Part shown: positions 19,333 through 25,915 of the stretch, in pieces
How positions within the stretch are numbered: the stretch's first letter is position 1
How the letters are laid out: every line of letters begins with the position of its first letter
Assembly (NCBI GenBank): GCA_964499635.1
Contig: CAZCLY010000002.1
Span: 239,878-303,877 of the forward strand
Direction of reading: 5' to 3'
From: an uncultured Gemmatimonadota bacterium
GTDB taxonomy: Bacteria > Gemmatimonadota > Gemmatimonadetes > Palauibacterales > Palauibacteraceae
DNA length: 64,000 bases
Made by a program: the position numbers and the translations under genes
Notes under the pieces: model-generated
The model's input: the letters and a program-made list of their open reading frames with translations, nothing else
What the model was told of the DNA's origin: nothing
The model's database searches: none

Positions 19333-21459
19333 CTACCCGATCGCCGCCAGCGCGAGGGCGGCCCGCAACACGTCGCCTGCCCGGACGAACCGGGCCCGCA
19401 CCTGGCCGCCGGCATCCAGCACGACGGCCTCGGAGAAGGTGGCCGTGCGGAACGACAGCAGCGCCTCCTGACCCGTGTCGACCAGGACGTCCAAGGCGGG
19501 ACAGCTCTCGGCCCCGTCCGGCACATCGGCCGGCGTGACGCGGTCGACCGACACGGCGATCAGACGCACGCCCGCGGACTCCAGACGCGGGCAGCTCTCG
19601 ATCAGGGTCTCGAGCTTGTCCACCGAGCCCGGGAGCAGCGGGGTCCAGAACTGGACGATCGTGGTCCGGTGCCCCAGCCGGGAGCCCAGGTCGCGCGGCC
19701 CTCCATCCAGCGCCCGAACCGGGATCGGTCCCTGCGGGTAGATCTGGTTGCGGCCCGAGCCGAGAAGCTCGCCGATCATCTCCACGCGGGCCGCGGCGAG
19801 ACGGGTATCGAACGTGGCCCGATCGAGCCCCGTCGCTTCCTCGATCGTCCGACGGTCCGCGTCCCCCAGAAGCGGATCGGCCGCCTGCAGGAGGCGGTAC
19901 CGCTCCGCCGCATCCGGTCGCCCCAGCGTCTCCGAGAGGCTGGCCAGCCGCACCAGGAGCTCGGGATCCCACACGAGCGCCGAGGCCCGGTTGAGGGTGT
20001 CGGCCGCGGATCCCAGCGACCCCTCGGCCTGGAGGAGCTCACCCAGGGTCTTGAGGAGTGCAGCGCGTCGACGGCCTACGGCGGCCAGATAGCCCGAGCG
20101 GGTGGTGCCGAGGGCCCGGGGGGGCGGCCGCTCGTCCAGACGCCTGAGCTCGGACCGCAGCCGCTCCATGGAGGTAGACCGCAGCGACGGGAAGCTCGCC
20201 AGCTCGCGCGTCAGCATGGCGGCCGCGGAGGGATCGGTGGCCGCCCAGCGGTCGGCCCACCGGAGGGCCGCCTCGTCATCCGCAATCGCCACGGCGGTCC
20301 CCAGACCCGCCTCGAGGAGAAGCCCGACCGGCTGTCCGTGGCTCCGCCACTCGGCCTCGAGCGAAGCGGCGAGCTGACGGGGGTTCCCACGGAGCTCGGC
20401 GGACAGCTTCAGCACCCGATCCCTGACGACGCTGGGGTGTCGCGGAGCGATCTGCTGGAGGCGCGATAGAAGCCGGGCCGGCGTCGCCGGGTCACCGGTA
20501 TGGCGGGCATACTCGATGAGCTCGGCCAGCTCGTCCGGATCGGGATTCGCCGGAAGCGCCTCCACGAACCGCTCCAACCGCTTCTCGCTGGCCACCGGCT
20601 CGGCATCGCGCCCGACCCGTTGGCGATGCGACGCCAGGTACCCCCACCCCTGTGGCTGATCCGGGTACAGGCGGACCAGCTCCCGGGCCGACTCGAGCGC
20701 CCCTCCGGGGGCCACATCCTCGAGCACGAGCGTCCGCTGCCACAGCGCGTCGAACGTCGGGAGACCGTCCGAGCCCTTCTGGAGGTACTCCCAGCGTTCG
20801 CCGTAGTCGCGGTCCACCACCTCGCCCCGCAGGTCCTCCACCACGAAGCGCGCGTACGCGGCCGACGAAGGCAACGGGAGCTCGCCGCGGAACTCCCCGT
20901 CGTGCCGCGACTCGAGGTCGCCCTCGATCACGACGCCGGGACTCGTCGCGCCGGACGACTGCTGGCCGGGGTTGTAGTACTCGCCGCGGACGCGCAGGGC
21001 CGGCTCTCCCGACAGCACCCCCGACGTCGAGAAGCTCACCTCGAGCGGGCGGGCGGCGCCGCGAGACTCGATCTCGAACGTCCGCGAGCCCGCGCGGATG
21101 GGGTTGGCTCCGAAGATCAGGAAGCTCCCCAACGCGAGCGCCATGACGATCGACATCACGGCGACCCCTTGCCACGCGCGGCGTCTCCCTCCGGATGGAC
21201 CCTCCACATCTTCGAGCGGCAGGACGCGCCGCTCGCCCGCCTCGCGACGCTCGAGGAGGTCCGGCAACAGGGAGCTCGGCGGGCCGGGCACCGCCAGCTC
21301 GCGCAGCCGGGCGCGCAGCTCGATCATGAAGTCGACTTCCTCGCGACAGCGCTCGCAGCTGGCGAGATGACCGTTGATGTCGAGGGTTTCCCGAGCCGTC
21401 AGGTCGCCGTCGGCGAGCCGGGAGAGCTTCTCGTATGACGGGTGTGTGCGGAAGAACAT
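19333..21459 (-). CDS. Zinc-motif (zf-HC2/ZAS) transmembrane anti-sigma factor with a large periplasmic helical domain and a C-terminal cysteine-less thioredoxin-like fold
   Basis: ATG 21459 (MFFRTHPSYEKL...). The HxxxCxxC motif is HLASCERC and the single TM is AWQGVAVMSIVMALALGSFLIFG. The C-terminus resembles TlpA/ResA but reads IVQFWTPLLPGS where WCxxC is expected. Confidence 0.8.
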   Translation of the reverse strand: MFFRTHPSYEKLSRLADGDLTARETLDINGHLASCERCREEVDFMIELRARLRELAVPGPPSSLLPDLLERREAGERRVLPLEDVEGPSGGRRRAWQGVAVMSIVMALALGSFLIFGANPIRAGSRTFEIESRGAARPLEVSFSTSGVLSGEPALRVRGEYYNPGQQSSGATSPGVVIEGDLESRHDGEFRGELPLPSSAAYARFVVEDLRGEVVDRDYGERWEYLQKGSDGLPTFDALWQRTLVLEDVAPGGALESARELVRLYPDQPQGWGYLASHRQRVGRDAEPVASEKRLERFVEALPANPDPDELAELIEYARHTGDPATPARLLSRLQQIAPRHPSVVRDRVLKLSAELRGNPRQLAASLEAEWRSHGQPVGLLLEAGLGTAVAIADDEAALRWADRWAATDPSAAAMLTRELASFPSLRSTSMERLRSELRRLDERPPPRALGTTRSGYLAAVGRRRAALLKTLGELLQAEGSLGSAADTLNRASALVWDPELLVRLASLSETLGRPDAAERYRLLQAADPLLGDADRRTIEEATGLDRATFDTRLAAARVEMIGELLGSGRNQIYPQGPIPVRALDGGPRDLGSRLGHRTTIVQFWTPLLPGSVDKLETLIESCPRLESAGVRLIAVSVDRVTPADVPDGAESCPALDVLVDTGQEALLSFRTATFSEAVVLDAGGQVRARFVRAGDVLRAALALAAIG

Positions 21460-21482
21460 GCGGCTATCGACGGAACGAGATT

Positions 21483-22097
21483 TCAAGCGAGCGCGCGCCG
21501 CAGCTGCTCCCGGGCCCGCATGAGACGCATGGCCGACGCCGCGGCCGTGATTCCGAGGAGCTCGCCGATCTCGGTATGCGAGAATCCCTCGATCTCCTTG
21601 AGCACGACCACCACGCGGAGCCTCTCCGGCAACGCATCGATCGCCGACTCCAGGTCGATGCGCGTCCCATGCCCCGGTGTCCTGCCCGGCAACCAGTCGG
21701 GTTCGAAGGCCACCTCCCGCCGTCTCTGCCGGCAACGGATCCTGTAGAGCGCCACCCGCACCGTCGCGGTGCGAAGCCAGGCGTGGAAGCTGCCGCCTCC
21801 GCGGTACGGACCGAGCGCCTCCGGGAGACCGAGAAACAGATCCTGAACGATGTCCTGGGCGTCCTGGACCGAACGCGTGAGCCGATAGGCCAGCCGATAG
21901 ACCCGCTCCGCGTACGCCCGGTAGATCTCCGCGAGCGCCACGACATCGCCGGTGGCCAGCCGATCGAGCGTCGCATGCAACGCCGCCGTGTCGAGGTCGG
22001 TCGGAGCTTGTTCGTCTCGAGCATTCGCGCGCTGGTCGAAGTCCACGGGCGCGTCCGGCCCTCCGTTTCCCAGTGTATAGGGTACACGAGTGGGCAA
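21483..22097 (-). CDS. ECF RNA polymerase sigma factor
   Basis: Region 2 (DAQDIVQDLFLGL, FHAWLRTATVRVALYRIR) and region 4 (LPERLRVVVVLKEIEGFSHTEIGELLGITAAASAMRLMRAREQL) are present. The start is uncertain. The 22097 codon is TTG and lies inside a large palindrome, and GTG 22046 is an alternative. Confidence 0.85.
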   Translation of the reverse strand: MPTRVPYTLGNGGPDAPVDFDQRANARDEQAPTDLDTAALHATLDRLATGDVVALAEIYRAYAERVYRLAYRLTRSVQDAQDIVQDLFLGLPEALGPYRGGGSFHAWLRTATVRVALYRIRCRQRRREVAFEPDWLPGRTPGHGTRIDLESAIDALPERLRVVVVLKEIEGFSHTEIGELLGITAAASAMRLMRAREQLRRALA

Positions 22098-22180
22098 AAT
22101 CTAACATCCGGGTTCGAGACCGGGAAACCGGAGCGAGTCGTTGAAACCCCGGATGTTAGATTTCGTCGACTCGTGTACCC
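22080..22180. repeat. 101-bp composite inverted repeat in the divergent intergenic region
   Basis: GGGTACACGAGT (22080-22091) pairs with ACTCGTGTACCC (22169-22180). AAATCTAACATCCGGG (22097-22112) pairs with CCCGGATGTTAGATTT (22148-22163). The central spacer is ~35 nt. Confidence 0.8.
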
Positions 22181-22195
22181 TTAGCAGGAGGAGGG

Positions 22196-24445
22196 GTGTG
22201 CGCGGACGCGGTGTGCACCCGAGCGACACGGACAAGGGGGGGGCGGGACGTGGCCGAGGAGCCGGGAACCACGAGCATGGAAACCGAGATCGAGCCGGAT
22301 CAGCCGGACCCCGTGGCCGTGCGTGCGGAAGAGTGGGGGCCCGATGACCAGGTCGCTCCTCTCACCATCCTGCTCGTCGAAGACAATCCCGCCGATGTCC
22401 GTCTGTTCCAGGATCTCGTCGGCCGCGCGAAGCTCGGGCGCGCGACCCTCAAGCACGCCGCGAGCCTGACGCCGGCCCTCGACGAGATCGGGCGCTCCGG
22501 CTGCGACATCATGTTCCTCGACCTGTCGCTTCCGGGAGACGGAGGGGTCGCGACCATCCGCAAGGCCGTCGAGGCTGCCTCCGACACTCCGGTCGTCGTT
22601 CTCACCGGTGCCCTGGATGAGGATCTCCCCCGTCTGGCGCTGCGCGAGGGCGCCCAGGATTACCTCCGCAAGGGCGCCTTCGAGCCGAAGGACCTGCGCC
22701 GCACGATCCGGTACAGCATCGAGCGCTTCCGGTGGACGCGTGCCGCCGTCGCCGGAGAGCTCCTGTACCGGTCGATCGTGAACACATCGCGGGAAGGCAT
22801 CCTGGCCCTCGACGAGGAGGGGCGCGCGACGCTCGTCAATCCCAGCCTGGGTCGGATGCTCGACCGCGAGCCCGACGAGCTGATCGGCCGTCTGGTCGGG
22901 GAGTTGTTCCACGTCACGGATGGGAACGGCGAGTTCGGCGATCCGTTTCCCGATTCGGGAGACGTGGAGCTCGACTTCCGACGCGAGGACGGGGCCTCGA
23001 TCTCGGTCCACGCCTCCTGTTCGTCCCTGAAGGACGACTACGGTCGCAAGCGGGGCCGCGTGATCCTGCTCATGGACGTTACCTCTCGGAAGCGCACCGA
23101 GGTCGAGCTTGCACGCGCCGCCTTTTCCGACCCGCTCACGGGTCTCCCCAACCGCATGCTGTTCGAGGACCGTCTCGATCACGCCATGAAGCGGCGGGCT
23201 CGCATGAGCACGCCCGTCGCGGTGCTCATGCTCGATCTCGACGGATTCAAGGCGATCAACGATTCCTTTGGACACCCGGTGGGAGACGCGTTGATCTCCA
23301 TGGTCGGCCAGCGGCTCGTCGACCTTACGCGCGCCGACGACACCGTCGCGAGAATGGGAGGAGACGAGTTCGCGATCCTGCTCGACAAGGTCACCGACGA
23401 GCAGATCATCCATACGGTCGCAGGCAGGATCGCCACGGCGTTCGAGAAGCCCTTCGAGGTGATGGGTTCGCCGATCCAGGTGAACGCGAGCATGGGAATC
23501 GCGCCCCTGACGAGCGAGCAGGAGGGCCCCGAGGATCTGCTGCGCTTCGCCGACGTGGCCATGTATCGGGCCAAGGAGAAGCCGGGGACGACCTACGAGA
23601 TCTTCGATCCGCGCGAGGACTTCGGCGCGACACGCCGCGTCCAGGTACAGAACGAGCTCCGCGAGGCCATCCGCAAGCGCCACCTGCGCGTCCATTTCCA
23701 GCCGATCGTCGAGCTGGCGACGGGACAGATCGTGGGTGGCGAGGGCCTCGTGCGGTGGGAGCACCCCAGGCGGGGGTTCATCTTCCCCGGGGAGTTCATC
23801 GCCCTGGCGGAGGAATCCGGGCTCGTACGGGAGCTGGGTGAGTCGGTGCTGCGACAGGCCACCGAGCGCTGGCGCGATTGGATCAGGGTCGATGCGACCC
23901 GCTCCAGCCTGACGCTCGCCGTCAACGTGTCGGCGCGGCAGCTCGGCGACCCCGGCTTCGTCGCGATCGTTGCCGAGGTGCTCGAGGAGACCGGGATCGA
24001 GCCGCGCATGCTCCAGCTCGAGGTGGAAGAGGCGGCCGCCATCCGCGCGGCACGGCACCTCGCAGGGTACAAGAAGCTCGGCGTGTCGATCGCCCTCGAC
24101 GACATCGGGAAGGGCCACGCATCGCTGGAGAACATCACCCGGCTGGAAGTGGACGTTCTGAAGATCGACCAGACGTTCGTGGGCGGCCTCGGCACCAGCT
24201 CGCGGGACACTGCCGTGGTGGAGGCGATGATCGTGCTGGGCCGGCGCCTCGGCGTGTCGGTGGTGGCCGAGGGGATCGAGACCGAGGATCAGCTCCGACG
24301 TCTCCTGGACCTCGGGTGCGACGTGGGTCAGGGATACCTGTTCGCCAAGGCGGTCACACCGAGGGCGTTCGAGCGCCTGCTGGAAGGCGGGCGCCTCGGC
24401 CCGCCGCCCGAGGCGCTCGCGAGCCCCTCTCCCGCCGGCGGTTGA
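22196..24445 (+). CDS. Response-regulator receiver - PAS - GGDEF - EAL protein (c-di-GMP turnover)
   Basis: REC (ILLVEDNPADV, IMFLDLSLPGDGG), PAS (SIVNTSREGILALDEEG), GGDEF with an I-site (RADDTVARMGGDEF), and EAL-domain blocks (GGEGLVRW, LEVEE, ALDDIGKG, KIDQTF, VAEGIET, GQGYLF). The start is uncertain: GTG 22196, GTG 22250 or ATG 22277. Confidence 0.9.
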   Translation: MCADAVCTRATRTRGGRDVAEEPGTTSMETEIEPDQPDPVAVRAEEWGPDDQVAPLTILLVEDNPADVRLFQDLVGRAKLGRATLKHAASLTPALDEIGRSGCDIMFLDLSLPGDGGVATIRKAVEAASDTPVVVLTGALDEDLPRLALREGAQDYLRKGAFEPKDLRRTIRYSIERFRWTRAAVAGELLYRSIVNTSREGILALDEEGRATLVNPSLGRMLDREPDELIGRLVGELFHVTDGNGEFGDPFPDSGDVELDFRREDGASISVHASCSSLKDDYGRKRGRVILLMDVTSRKRTEVELARAAFSDPLTGLPNRMLFEDRLDHAMKRRARMSTPVAVLMLDLDGFKAINDSFGHPVGDALISMVGQRLVDLTRADDTVARMGGDEFAILLDKVTDEQIIHTVAGRIATAFEKPFEVMGSPIQVNASMGIAPLTSEQEGPEDLLRFADVAMYRAKEKPGTTYEIFDPREDFGATRRVQVQNELREAIRKRHLRVHFQPIVELATGQIVGGEGLVRWEHPRRGFIFPGEFIALAEESGLVRELGESVLRQATERWRDWIRVDATRSSLTLAVNVSARQLGDPGFVAIVAEVLEETGIEPRMLQLEVEEAAAIRAARHLAGYKKLGVSIALDDIGKGHASLENITRLEVDVLKIDQTFVGGLGTSSRDTAVVEAMIVLGRRLGVSVVAEGIETEDQLRRLLDLGCDVGQGYLFAKAVTPRAFERLLEGGRLGPPPEALASPSPAGG

Positions 24446-24486
24446 GACCGAGCGGGCGGCGGGACGGCCGGCGCAAAGGAGAGGTG

Positions 24487-24927
24487 ATGGGCACCCTCGG
24501 GGGGCGGACCGCCGAGATCCTCCTGGTGGAGGACAACGAGGGCGACGCGTTCCTCATCGAGTCGGCCCTCCGGGAGGCCGGGTTCCCGAGCCACATCCGC
24601 CATGTCGCGGACGGGCCGGCAGCCCTCGAATACCTGCATTCGGCCTCTGGCGGAAGTCGGGCTCCCGACCTCGTGCTGCTCGACCTGAACCTCCCGGGGA
24701 TGGATGGCCGCGAGATCCTCGCCCGGCTCAAGGGGGACGCCGAGCTCAGGCGGATTCCGGTCATCGTCTTGACTACATCGGACAACCCGCGAGACATTCA
24801 GTCGAGCTACGATCGATTGGCCAACTGCTACGTGACCAAGCCGGTGCAGATCGACGACTTCTTCGAGTCGATCCGCGCCATCGCGGAGTTCTGGTTTCGC
24901 GTCGCGACGCTGCCGGGGGCGAACTGA
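24487..24927 (+). CDS. Stand-alone CheY-like response-regulator receiver
   Basis: ATG 24487 follows GGAGAGG. Blocks are ILLVEDNEGDAFL, LVLLDLNLPGMDG, PVIVLTTS and CYVTKP. It is an internal start of track ORF 23878..24927. Confidence 0.9.
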   Translation: MGTLGGRTAEILLVEDNEGDAFLIESALREAGFPSHIRHVADGPAALEYLHSASGGSRAPDLVLLDLNLPGMDGREILARLKGDAELRRIPVIVLTTSDNPRDIQSSYDRLANCYVTKPVQIDDFFESIRAIAEFWFRVATLPGAN

Positions 24928-24962
24928 CGCTGTGAAGCCCCCGTAGCCGAGCCCGAGGGGGG

Positions 24963-25877
24963 GTGCGGGGGGTGAAGACTGCGACGGTTTCGAACGGGGC
25001 GACGGGGCTCGTTCCCCTGATCGGCGGCTCGAAGCGAGACGTCCCACGAAGCGCCCTCCTGGTCTCCGTCCTCGCGCTCGGGACCGCGGCGACGGGCAAC
25101 ATCTTCTTCCCGGAGCAGCTCGAGAACTACTTCGCACTCCTGTGGCTGCTCGCGCTCATCCCGCCCTTCCTGCTCGCCTATTACAAGGGGTGGGAAGGCG
25201 CGACGCTCGCGCTGTCGATCGGCATGGTGCTCCTGGTGGGCGTCGAGGTCGGAGGCTCCTACCTCGCCAACCGCGAGGTGCGCTGGTGGGTCGTGAGCGG
25301 GGTGATCGTCATCCTGATCACGGTCAGCCTCGGGGCGGGCGTGATCTCCGAGCGCCTGCACCGGGAGCGATCCAGCGCGCTCGATCTCGCCTACCTGGAC
25401 CACCTGACCGGGCTGCCGAACCGTCGCACGCTGGAATGGTTCCTGGGGAAGGAGTTCGCCGAGGCCCAGCGGGGCCGGGGGCTCGCCATCGTCCTGTTCG
25501 ACATCGACGGCTTCAAGCGCCACAACGACGAATCCGGCCATGCGGAGGGCGACCGCGTGCTCAAGGTCGTCGCGGACGTGCTGGGTCAGAACACGCGCGC
25601 CTCGGACCTGTCGGGGCGTCTGGGGGGCGATGAGTTCCTGTCCATCCTGGGCGGCGAGACGGCCGACACGGCGTTCGTGTTCGCCCAGCGCGTGCTCCGG
25701 GAGCTCGAAGCGCGCACGGACCTCGTGGGTCTGAGCGCCGGGATCTCCTCCTACGGGCCCGGCGTCGGGAGCACGGCAGAGCTCCTCGAGGACGCGGACC
25801 GCGCCCTGTACGAGGCGAAGTCCGAGGGCGGCGGACGCGTCGTTCGCCGCATGCCGGCCGAGGGAGTCACCCCCTGA
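24963..25877 (+). CDS. Membrane-bound diguanylate cyclase (GGDEF with I-site)
   Basis: About four N-terminal hydrophobic helices are followed by LTGLPNRR, DIDGFKRHND and RASDLSGRLGGDEF. Confidence 0.88.
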   Translation: MRGVKTATVSNGATGLVPLIGGSKRDVPRSALLVSVLALGTAATGNIFFPEQLENYFALLWLLALIPPFLLAYYKGWEGATLALSIGMVLLVGVEVGGSYLANREVRWWVVSGVIVILITVSLGAGVISERLHRERSSALDLAYLDHLTGLPNRRTLEWFLGKEFAEAQRGRGLAIVLFDIDGFKRHNDESGHAEGDRVLKVVADVLGQNTRASDLSGRLGGDEFLSILGGETADTAFVFAQRVLRELEARTDLVGLSAGISSYGPGVGSTAELLEDADRALYEAKSEGGGRVVRRMPAEGVTP

Positions 25878-25891
25878 ATCGACGGTGAGCG

Positions 25892-25912
25892 ACCGGGCCC
25901 GACGGGCCCGGT
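25892..25912. terminator. Hairpin between convergent genes
   Basis: ACCGGGCC cgacg GGCCCGGT forms an 8-bp stem between the stop at 25877 (+) and the stop at 25916 (-). There is no U-tract. Confidence 0.35.
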
Positions 25913-25915
25913 GCG

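Noticed and set aside
22080-22180. The 101-bp inverted repeat read as a MITE or other mobile element
   Set aside because: I saw no flanking target-site duplication, no second copy in the window, and no transposase anywhere nearby. I keep it as an unexplained inverted repeat or regulatory candidate instead.
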